Source of the DNA: Candidatus Latescibacterota bacterium
GTDB taxonomy: Bacteria; Latescibacterota; UBA2968; GCA-2709665
NCBI GenBank assembly: GCA_965203805.1
Contig: OZ241917.1
Coordinates: forward strand, 1,664,001-1,728,000
Direction: 5' to 3'
Length of the DNA stretch: 64,000 nucleotides
In this document: in pieces, positions 17,255-25,406 of the stretch
How the letters are laid out: every line of letters begins with the position of its first letter
Numbering within the stretch: the stretch's first letter is position 1
Position numbers and translations under genes: made by a program
The notes under the pieces: model-generated
The model's database searches: none
Told to the model about the DNA's origin: nothing
What the model saw: the letters and a program-made list of their open reading frames with translations, nothing else

Positions 17255-17609
17255 CTATGTGATGTCCCCAGATATATTGGCGGTGATTCAGAGCCGGAGT
17301 CAAGATGATCGAGCAAGGGTTTCGGATAGAATCTCATGCGCTTAAGTCTACCAGGTGGACACCTTTTGCCTAGGGATCGGGGTGATTGTCAGTGATATAT
17401 TCTCGAACGAATTGCAGACTTTCAACCTTGACATCGGCGCCTATTTCTTCCTGGCACTCCCGCTTGAGAGCATCCAAAAGTGTTTCTTTGCAAGGTTCCA
17501 TACCTCCTCCAGGAAGAATGTACCAAAGACCGTTGTCGTCGATGTTCTCAGTAATGAGAATCCGGTCGTCTCTCTGGATCAGAGCCTTGGCCGCATTTCG
17601 CAGTTTCAT
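17255..17609 (-). pseudogene. NUDIX hydrolase pseudogene
   Basis: LPGGG.E...ETLLDALKRECQEEIG, TAG at 17370, then AKGVHLVDL, an apparent deletion/frame change to RFYPKPLL...IYLG and a final frameshift. Confidence 0.7.
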
Positions 17610-17695
17610 AATGGATGCCTCGAAAGAACGTGAAGATCGCACGAACCCGCTGCAGCTACAAGATAAAGCAAAGCCCTCTGGTCAGCGAGGGCTTT

Positions 17696-17758
17696 GAACT
17701 GCTGCGAGTTGGGCGAAGACCCTTGTGGCCTGAGCCGTGCACTGTCGTGTTTTGCGGC
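17696..17758 (-). repeat. attC-like remnant (family of sites 3-5)
   Basis: GAACTGCTG..AGTTG.GCGAAG...GAGCCGTGCAC.G.CGTGTT aligns with site 5; end GTTTTGCGGC pairs with GCCGCATAAC at 20240-20249. Confidence 0.65.
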
Positions 17759-17826
17759 GCTGCTCTCTCTGCCTTTAGAAAACGGAGCTTGTGTCAGGCC
17801 TGTCGAACCAGCTCTCGAATACCTGT

Positions 17827-20106
17827 CTACTTCTTTGCACCATATCTCTTCAGCAGTGACCCGATGTCTACATCCTCCGAGTCTATGCGAGCGTACTCCT
17901 TCCTGCCCTGCGGTTCCTCGCTCCAGGCCAGAGGCGTCGCCCATTCCGCGCCCGCCAGGTTCGGATCGGCTTCCGCCTCCAGCATGAACCTGGCAAGTTC
18001 GGGCCATTCATAGAGCACTGCCATGGCCAGGGGCGTCGATTGCCTCTCTCCGCCCAGAACGTTTATCTCCGCACCGTGTTTCAGCAGCTTCTCTGCAAAC
18101 ACGATCCGGTCCCTCTCAGTGACGTGCCACGTGATCTCCGCAGTCCAATGCAGGGGTGTCAAGCCGCTTACTTTCGCACGGGCATTTGGATCGAATCCTC
18201 CTTCAAGGAGAAGCTCGAAGCACTCGTAAAAGTGCTCCACACACGCCTTTCCCGGATTGCCGGGACACCGCAGCCTCCACATGCGCATGGCCTGGCACAA
18301 CACGTCGTGCATTTCGCTCTCCGTAAAACTCGGACTCTGTGAGAGGCAGACTGCCACCAGGTCCGGATGCCCGCCGTGGACGGCTCCCTTCAGGACCTCC
18401 TTTGCACACGATGGATCGGAACTTACGAGCGCGGCATCGACGGAGACATTGTCGCTGTTCGCGGCGTAGAATCCTGGAGAGGCACCGTCGTCGAACCCGG
18501 GAAATGCCCCATGTCGCAGCAACAGTTTCTCCATCGCGTCGTTCCCGTTCGCGATCGCCCAGTTCAAGGCGTTGCCGGACGCATCCATCACGGTATGCGC
18601 CGATGCCCCGTGCTCCAGGAGCAGCACTGCCATCTCCAGATCGTCATTGAGAGCCGCGGCGTGCAGCGGCGCGCCTCGCTCGGCCACGGGATAGCCTTCG
18701 TACTTGTCATACGGTGTATCCGGGTCCGCACCCCGTTCCAGGAGGAGGCGCACCACCTCGAGGTGTCCCTTGTCGGCGGCAATCGAGATCGGATACGCGT
18801 CCATTCCAGGATAGTTCCGGGCCCAGTCGTTCACGGCTTCGGGATTGGCATCCAGAATTCTCCGCGCCCCGTCTACGTCGCCGATGGCGCAGGCAACCCA
18901 CAGGTCGTATTCGGCGCCGTGTCCCAGCAGGATTCCGCCGATTACCGGCCACAGGGGGCTTGGCGGCGGGTCCCATCCGCGTTTGGGCCGCGGCCCTAGC
19001 GCGAGGTGGATGGCCTTCTTCCCGCGTGCGTTCACTTCGTTGGGTTCGGCCCCGCGAACCAGGAGTTCCGTGACCACCGGGATATGATGGTATTCCACGG
19101 CGACGTGAAGTGCCGTATTCCCTGACTTGTCTACTCCGTGAATCGCGGAGGGGTCACCATCGAGCAGCTGTCTTACCGCTTCAACATCGCCCTTGCCCGC
19201 GGCCTGGCAAAGGGCGATTCCCAACTCAGTCTCACCGGTCCGCCTGGCTCGCCATTCCTCCATTGACGCGACCACATCTGCATGACCCTTGCTTCGGGCC
19301 ATATCCAAAGCCGAAACCCGCTCTCCATATGTTACCCTGGTGGGACTGGCGCCGGCGTTCAGCAGGTGCTCGACAACCGCCAGGTGTCCCTCCCGTGCCG
19401 CGTAGTGTATGGCCTGATACCCCTGTTCGCCGTCTCGGTGCGCCAGCTCCGGCTTCTTCTCCAGGATGGCCTTGATTCGATCCAGATCTCCCTCCTGAGC
19501 GGCGTTGCAGATTCCGACTACACTGACGAAAGCATCGTCCTGGGAAGGCGCGTTTTTGCGCAACTCTCTCTTCGCCATTGCGAGTAACCCCTTTTCAAGG
19601 CGCTTCCGCGCCGATCGCAGCCGGTTGTTGACCGTGTCCGGCGAGACCTGCAGAAACGCTGCAATCTCTTGATGAGAATGAGCACCCATGTAGAACATCG
19701 TCGTGACCGCACGTTCCGTCTCTGGGAGCGCGTCAACCGCGTTCTGAATCTGGACCCTCATTTCCTGCGCTTCCAATTCATCCAGCGGTGAAGGACTGCC
19801 TGACGGAACATCGTGCACGTCTTCGATCGGAACCATTTCCGGGCGCTTCTGCCTCGCGAACTGAGTGCAACAGGACCAAACTATCGCTTTGAACCAACCG
19901 GGGAAGGCTTCAGGACTTCGCAGATCCTCCAATTTACGGTACGCGATCAGAAACGCTTCCTGCGCGGCATCTTCTGCCAGGTGGAAGTCCCCCAGTATGC
20001 TGTAGGCATACCCCGCAGCCATGTCTTGAAACCGTAACACGACACCCTCATAGGCACGCAGGTTTCCAGATTTGACTGCACGCAATAGGTCGGATAGTCT
20101 ATCCAC
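17827..20106 (-). CDS. ECF sigma factor fused to ankyrin repeats
   Basis: Region 2 DFHLAEDAAQEAF..FPGWF, region 4 SHQEIAAFL..TVNNRLRSARKRL, many ankyrin repeats (GNTALHVAV, GAPLHAAA, GLTPLHW, STPLAMA). Confidence 0.92.
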   Translation of the reverse strand: MDRLSDLLRAVKSGNLRAYEGVVLRFQDMAAGYAYSILGDFHLAEDAAQEAFLIAYRKLEDLRSPEAFPGWFKAIVWSCCTQFARQKRPEMVPIEDVHDVPSGSPSPLDELEAQEMRVQIQNAVDALPETERAVTTMFYMGAHSHQEIAAFLQVSPDTVNNRLRSARKRLEKGLLAMAKRELRKNAPSQDDAFVSVVGICNAAQEGDLDRIKAILEKKPELAHRDGEQGYQAIHYAAREGHLAVVEHLLNAGASPTRVTYGERVSALDMARSKGHADVVASMEEWRARRTGETELGIALCQAAGKGDVEAVRQLLDGDPSAIHGVDKSGNTALHVAVEYHHIPVVTELLVRGAEPNEVNARGKKAIHLALGPRPKRGWDPPPSPLWPVIGGILLGHGAEYDLWVACAIGDVDGARRILDANPEAVNDWARNYPGMDAYPISIAADKGHLEVVRLLLERGADPDTPYDKYEGYPVAERGAPLHAAALNDDLEMAVLLLEHGASAHTVMDASGNALNWAIANGNDAMEKLLLRHGAFPGFDDGASPGFYAANSDNVSVDAALVSSDPSCAKEVLKGAVHGGHPDLVAVCLSQSPSFTESEMHDVLCQAMRMWRLRCPGNPGKACVEHFYECFELLLEGGFDPNARAKVSGLTPLHWTAEITWHVTERDRIVFAEKLLKHGAEINVLGGERQSTPLAMAVLYEWPELARFMLEAEADPNLAGAEWATPLAWSEEPQGRKEYARIDSEDVDIGSLLKRYGAKK

Positions 20107-20242
20107 TGCCGTTCCTTCGAGAAGGTCCTCTATTCTAAAGGAGGCACCCGAGGCATGGAATTGGTAGAAAAAAGGGAAAGAAGTGCGAATAGGAAGAGCT
20201 GTACTTACTGTGAGGAGCTCTCACAGCGATCTTGCCAATGCC

Positions 20243-20381
20243 GCATAACGGTCTTGCGGTGTGCGAACCCTGCCGTCCCGAAGGACTGCGTTGCGTTCGC
20301 GCCTCTCAGCAAATGACGTTACAGAGGTGAGGTTGAGTCGGAGGGAGCGAAGCGACCGGAGCGCAAGGCCGCGTGTTACAC
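20243..20381 (-). repeat. attC-like site 11
   Basis: GCATAAC-GGTCT-TGCGG...CCGCG-T-GTTACAC; internal TCTCAGCAAAYGACGTKACAGA shared with site 1. Confidence 0.8.
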
Positions 20382-20539
20382 GCTTGCGGCGCGCCCCTTC
20401 CACGGCGAATCCCTCAACGGGGCTGAAATAAAGTGCACACCATAGACAGGTGGCTTCCTGCTTTTTCGTCTTGTTTCTAATGAAAATCAGGCGCCCGTCA
20501 ATAGCACCCAGGAAAGAAACAGAGTTTGAACTTCGCCCG

Positions 20540-21034
20540 TTAGATGGGGTTCGCCTTGAAGAGTCGGAAAAGGTCACCTTTACCGGGACGTTCGGATGTC
20601 AAAATCAGCATCAACTTTGCCAGCAGGTCAGCCCGGTCGAAACGTTTGAATTCCGGGTACAGCCCGATACGCCAATGGAGATAAGCTTCAAGCTGGTTCA
20701 CATCAGGGAAGATCTGTCTGGCCGCAAGGAATTCTGCTTGCAGGGCACGACGATGTGCGTAGGCATGCGAGCGTGAGGCCAGTTTGTGCTGGATTTCCAC
20801 CTGCTCGTGCAGTGCGATTAAGTGCGCGTACTGCTCATCGAATTCGATTAAATCCGCCGGGATGTAAATCGTTCCTGTTTCGTCGTAGAAAACGAGATCG
20901 GGTGTATTGCCTCTATAGCGAAACACCGAATAGGAGAGGGCAAGGTCTGCCACGACTGCCTGCTCAGTGCGGATGACGTTTTGCTTAATCGCGTCGAGCG
21001 TCTTGGTAGCTTCCGGATGTGGCAATCGAAGCAT
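20540..21034 (-). CDS. Hypothetical protein with HExxE...HxxAH motif, cassette
   Basis: 164 aa ORF exactly between complementary cassette ends; LHEQVE...HAYAHRRALQAE. Confidence 0.75.
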   Translation of the reverse strand: MLRLPHPEATKTLDAIKQNVIRTEQAVVADLALSYSVFRYRGNTPDLVFYDETGTIYIPADLIEFDEQYAHLIALHEQVEIQHKLASRSHAYAHRRALQAEFLAARQIFPDVNQLEAYLHWRIGLYPEFKRFDRADLLAKLMLILTSERPGKGDLFRLFKANPI

Positions 21035-21127
21035 ACGTAAGGTCTCTTCGGTGGGATGTGTTCTGGGTTTCTGCTCTTGTGCACGATTTGCAGGGGTGTG
21101 GTGGTTGGGTCGTCCTGCGCCGCTTGC

Positions 21128-21220
21128 GTGTAACGTCTAAGCATCACGAACCTGCCGGTGATTTTTCGGGAGGTTGTGGACGGTGGGATTCCGGTGAGGT
21201 GCATAAAACTGGTGTTGCAC
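21128..21220 (-). repeat. attC-like site 12 (degenerate stem)
   Basis: GTGTAAC GTCTA...GGTGTTGCAC; left arm complements 20375-20383. Confidence 0.65.
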
Positions 21221-21307
21221 GCTGTTTGGGGAGGCGTCGTCACTATCAGCATTTCCATCAGGACGACAGTCAAGCACGCGCCGTCACTCCGTTTTTTCTC
21301 CCATCTT

Positions 21308-23698
21308 TTATTCGTATCTCAAGGCGTCTATTGGATTGGCTCGTGCAGCTTTCAAGGCCTGATACGCGATGGTGATCAGAGTGACCACAAGCGCCGCTCC
21401 TGTACTCCCGATAAAATGGATGGGGCTTTGGTCAATCCGATAGGCGAAATTCTCAAGCCAACTGTTCAGGGTGTAATAAGCCATCGGATAAGCGATTAAA
21501 CTCGCCAACATTACGAGCATGAGAAACTCCCTTGCCAGCAAACTCACAATGCCAGTTTCTGTTGCGCCAAGAACTTTTCGAATGCCGATTTCCTTGGTGC
21601 GCACCTCGGCAGTGTAAGAAATGAGACCCAGCAAACCAAGACAGGCGATTGCGATTGCCAGACCGGCACTGAGGCTGCACAGACGTCCGAGCAGTCGCTC
21701 TTTGGCATAAACCGCAGCCAGTGCGTCATCCAAAAACTGATACACAAAGGGCCTTGTTGGATCGGCGGTCTTCCAGGCGGCTTTGGTGCGACTGAGCACA
21801 TCTTGGATATCGATGCCGACAATGCGCATGCTGACGTAGACCTGCTCATCGTAAATGGCGGGGATCAGAACAAGCGGGCCGATGGATACACGGAAGTTCT
21901 CGTAGTGGAAGTCTGCGAAAATGCCGATCACTTCCCAAGTCGCACCCCAGAATCGGACGGTGTCACCAGACCGAATACCCAGTAGCTTTGCTCCGGTTTG
22001 GTTGAGCATCACCCTCGTGGTGCCCCATTCATCGTCAACCGTCTGCACGTCGGTGGCAGCAAATGTTCGCCCTTCAATGACCGGAATTTCGTACACTTCA
22101 AAGAAATCCTCGTCTGTGTACAGGTAGGGCAAGAGGATTTCTTTGTCTATCCCGGCGGACCTTATCGATACAACGTCGTCGTATCGACTGCGGGGTTCAG
22201 CAGCCACAAGGGGCAGGTGCTGAAGCGAAACACCTTTGACTCCCGGCACCTGTAGCAGTCGTTCTTTCACGCGCCGACCGACCTTGTTGATACGTGGAAA
22301 CACGAGAAGCGCGTTCCGGTTGTATCCAGGATCTGCGGATGTCATATAACTCGTCTGTTCGACAATAACGAGGGTGGCGACGATGAGCGTGATTGTGACT
22401 GTAAATTGGAGAACGACAAGCCCCCTTCTGACCGCCCCGTGTCCAGACACAACTCCTCGGATGGGCTTTAGCGCGGATATCGGTGAAAACGATGAGATAA
22501 AAAGCGCGGGATAGCTTCCTGCAATGATGCCGACGCCTAAAGCAAAGGCGAACAGCAACGGCAGCGTGTCCATCCCGATGGAGAGGCTCGTGCCCATCAG
22601 GGCATTCGCGCCGGGCAACGCAAGCTTTATTATCCCCAACGCTGCGGCAAAGGCGAGCACCGTAACCAGGATAGATTCCCCCATGAACTGCACTACGAGT
22701 TGCCGCTGCTGAGCACCCACAACTCTTCGCATGCCGACCTCGCGCATCCTGCGAATGGACCGGGCAGTGGCGAGGTTCATAAAGTTGACGCAGGCCACGC
22801 CGACAATGAGAAGGCCGATGGCGGCTAGAGCGTAGCAGGTGTTCAGGTCGCCCTCAACCGCAAGGCCATAACGTTGACGGCCCTGGAGATACAGCTCGGT
22901 CAGGGGCGTCATTTCGATCCCCTTCCGCGAACCCTCCCGCCAATGCCGAAGAGCGAAGTCAGGTAACTTCGACCGAACAGATGCCGAAGACGCGCCCGGC
23001 TTGAGCAACACGTAGGTTTGGGTAATAAGCCATCCACCCCATGTCTCCCACATGGAATGCATCCTCGCAGGGTCCTTCTTGGGCCGCGTCATCGTGATGA
23101 AATCGGGAGAAAGGCCGGGAGTGCTTGTCTGGGGAGGATCTTCCAGGATGCCCGTGATCGTATATGTGTCTTCGAAGAACTTGGACTTGAGGAACACGGT
23201 CTTGCCCAGCGCCGGCGCATCGCCAAAGAGTCTTACGGCAAGACGCTTTGTGGCAAACGCTGAAAAAGGGGTTGCAAGATCACGCATCGGATCGCCTTTG
23301 ATGGTCTGGAAATCGAACACATGGAAGAACCGATCATCGACGACAATAACATGGGAGTTTGTGCCTTCCTGAGTCCCGACACTGACGTTCACACGGCGGC
23401 CTATAAACCGGGTGGCATCCTCAACCTCGGGTATCTCTTCCACAAGTGCAGGTCCCACCGGACCGTTCGCCGCGTAATGGTAGGCCACGTCGCCGTTCTC
23501 CTGTCGAAAGGAAGCCAAAACCCGATGGATGCGCTCGGCCTTCCTGTGGTGGCGGTCGTAGCTAAACTCGTGCTGAAGGTAGAGCAGAATAAGGGTACTG
23601 CATGTGAGACCAATAGCCAGACCAGCAATATTGATGAAAGAATATGCTTTTTGCTTCCAGAGATTTCTGTAAGCAACCCTCAGATAGTTTCTGAACAA
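21308..23698 (-). CDS. MacB/FtsX-type ABC transporter permease (duplicated domains)
   Basis: MFRNYLRVAYRNL..YSFINIAGLAIG, ACVNFMNLATARS..R.REVGMR, RTKEIGIRKVLGA, ANPIDALRYE. Confidence 0.95.
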   Translation of the reverse strand: MFRNYLRVAYRNLWKQKAYSFINIAGLAIGLTCSTLILLYLQHEFSYDRHHRKAERIHRVLASFRQENGDVAYHYAANGPVGPALVEEIPEVEDATRFIGRRVNVSVGTQEGTNSHVIVVDDRFFHVFDFQTIKGDPMRDLATPFSAFATKRLAVRLFGDAPALGKTVFLKSKFFEDTYTITGILEDPPQTSTPGLSPDFITMTRPKKDPARMHSMWETWGGWLITQTYVLLKPGASSASVRSKLPDFALRHWREGSRKGIEMTPLTELYLQGRQRYGLAVEGDLNTCYALAAIGLLIVGVACVNFMNLATARSIRRMREVGMRRVVGAQQRQLVVQFMGESILVTVLAFAAALGIIKLALPGANALMGTSLSIGMDTLPLLFAFALGVGIIAGSYPALFISSFSPISALKPIRGVVSGHGAVRRGLVVLQFTVTITLIVATLVIVEQTSYMTSADPGYNRNALLVFPRINKVGRRVKERLLQVPGVKGVSLQHLPLVAAEPRSRYDDVVSIRSAGIDKEILLPYLYTDEDFFEVYEIPVIEGRTFAATDVQTVDDEWGTTRVMLNQTGAKLLGIRSGDTVRFWGATWEVIGIFADFHYENFRVSIGPLVLIPAIYDEQVYVSMRIVGIDIQDVLSRTKAAWKTADPTRPFVYQFLDDALAAVYAKERLLGRLCSLSAGLAIAIACLGLLGLISYTAEVRTKEIGIRKVLGATETGIVSLLAREFLMLVMLASLIAYPMAYYTLNSWLENFAYRIDQSPIHFIGSTGAALVVTLITIAYQALKAARANPIDALRYE

Positions 23699-23785
23699 AA
23701 CACGCTCACATTTTTACGTGAAAGACAGGTTTAGTTGTGGTTATTGCTAGCCATCTGCTTCTCTTTGAGGTGCCGGGGCAATTTC

Positions 23786-23898
23786 GGCCATCGTCCTCGC
23801 GCCTTGCGAACCTTGCCGATCTGACAGGACTGGCGCGCCGGTTGTCCTTCGCGTCTTCCAACACGCAACCGGCGTGACAGAGGCAAGGTTGCCCAAGG
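23786..23898 (-). repeat. attC-like remnant (core AAC mutated to ATC, one arm missing)
   Basis: GGCCATCGTCCTCG..TGCGAACCTTGCCG..GGACTGGCGCG...GGCGTGACAGAGGCAAGGTTG resembles the bodies of sites 1, 9 and 11. Confidence 0.6.
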
Positions 23899-23901
23899 TA
23901 G

Positions 23902-24339
23902 CTATCGTATGGCCACGCTGTCTTCGGAATCAAGAGCGTCTGCAATCCGCTGCGCGTGTCCCCTCATAAGTGGCGGTAGTGCATCTTTGCCGAAGAATTC
24001 AAATCCATAGGTTTCCGGATTTGATTTGAACTCGCCCTCCGCTGATTTCGCCAGAAAAACCAGCGCTACAACCTGATACTGTGGCCCCAGGTGAAGGTAT
24101 AGTGAGTCGCCAGGGTCCGAGTATACGCCCGATAGTCCACAAATGTCTACCGCAAGCCCTGTTTCCTCTGCCACTTCTCGAAGAGCTGCATCGAGAATCC
24201 TTTCCCCAAGTTCCATAAATCCCCCAGGGAGAGCCCATTCGTTGTTGTCTTTGCGTTTGACCAAAAGGATCCAGCCTCGTTCATCGAGGATCACACATTC
24301 GGCGACGATTTTGGGTGTTATATGCTCATTGAAAGGCAT
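23902..24339 (-). CDS. NUDIX hydrolase
   Basis: WALPGGFMELGE...AALREVAEETG; GAGGAGG RBS. Confidence 0.92.
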   Translation of the reverse strand: MPFNEHITPKIVAECVILDERGWILLVKRKDNNEWALPGGFMELGERILDAALREVAEETGLAVDICGLSGVYSDPGDSLYLHLGPQYQVVALVFLAKSAEGEFKSNPETYGFEFFGKDALPPLMRGHAQRIADALDSEDSVAIR

Positions 24340-24543
24340 TCTAACCCCTCCTCTTCAACAGACGATGCTTTGCTAATTTGGATCCAAAGAGGCGGAACCA
24401 GGACAGCCACCTATACTCCACAACGCAACCGGAGACACCAGTATGGTCAATGATTATCCATTCTGAACACTCGATCAAGTGCCGTCCGACCGGCTTCTGA
24501 TACCCAAAACTGCGGTCGCCCATCCATTCCCGCCGTCGACGCG

Positions 24544-25290
24544 TCACCTTTCCCCCCACCGATTCCGCAGTTCGATGACAGTCAGCATGGTCATCTCTCC
24601 CGTGGGCTCCAGTCCGGCGTCAGCCTGGAACTTGCGCAACGCCTCCCGGGTGGCTGCGTTCAGTTCCCCGTCGACCGGTCCGATTTCGTATCCCAGTCCA
24701 TTCAGGATCATCTGCACCTCGTAGGTATGCTCGGGCCCGGCCGGCATATCGGACGCTTCTTCGGCTTCTTCGGGCTTCTCTTGAACCACCGCCGTATCCT
24801 CGGAGATCAGCACCCAGCGCAGGAGCCGGATCTCGAAGAAGACAGCCACGGTCGCGATCAACCACAGCAGGCCGAACAGCAGCGCGAACCCCCATCGTAT
24901 CGCCATGTCTCCTTCCGCAACAGCCGCGGGATCGGAGCGATCGAAGACTTCGGGCGCAAGCAGATAGCGCATGCACAACCAGAGTCCCGCGTGCACGAAC
25001 GCGAGGACGACCGGCGTGCGGACCGGCACCCTGAGCGGCGACCTCGCGGGGCGCCAGAACCGGGCGATCGCAAGGGTCCAGAAATCGACCAGCATCAGAA
25101 ACAGCGGCATTTCAGCGAGGAAACCCACGGCCCTGTCAGCGGTACCGGATTCCCGCGTCCATGCCCACCAGGCCGCGGCCAGAATCGCCGCCGCCAGCAC
25201 GAACGACGTGCCGACGCGAAGCAGGAGAGCGGTTCGTGAACGACCGGCTGTCGGCTCGGACGCGCCGGGTTCGGGTTGAAGACGGTTCAT
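24544..25290 (-). CDS. Membrane protein with C-terminal peptidoglycan-binding domain
   Basis: Four hydrophobic segments; VQMILNGLGY.IGPVDG....TREALRKFQADAGLEPTG (PG_binding_1). Confidence 0.85.
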   Translation of the reverse strand: MNRLQPEPGASEPTAGRSRTALLLRVGTSFVLAAAILAAAWWAWTRESGTADRAVGFLAEMPLFLMLVDFWTLAIARFWRPARSPLRVPVRTPVVLAFVHAGLWLCMRYLLAPEVFDRSDPAAVAEGDMAIRWGFALLFGLLWLIATVAVFFEIRLLRWVLISEDTAVVQEKPEEAEEASDMPAGPEHTYEVQMILNGLGYEIGPVDGELNAATREALRKFQADAGLEPTGEMTMLTVIELRNRWGER

Positions 25291-25406
25291 TGACAACACT
25301 CCGTATCGTGCGTTTTTGCTGTTAACCCTTCCGGGACACGGGTCACTTGGCTATATTGTAGAGTACACGACCGCACCGTGTCCAGCAAACAATCGGGCCA
25401 CGAACC

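Larger units (their letters stand above)
741..23898 (-). mobile_element. Integron-like cassette array without integrase in this window (CALIN-like), partly decayed
   Basis: Repeated NNNTAAC...GTTANNN hairpin sites separate single co-oriented minus-strand genes; the two ends of each cassette are mutually complementary. Confidence 0.85.

Noticed and set aside
24340-24543. Pc-like promoter driving the whole array
   Set aside because: TTGACC and TATAGG are present on the minus strand but too far apart.
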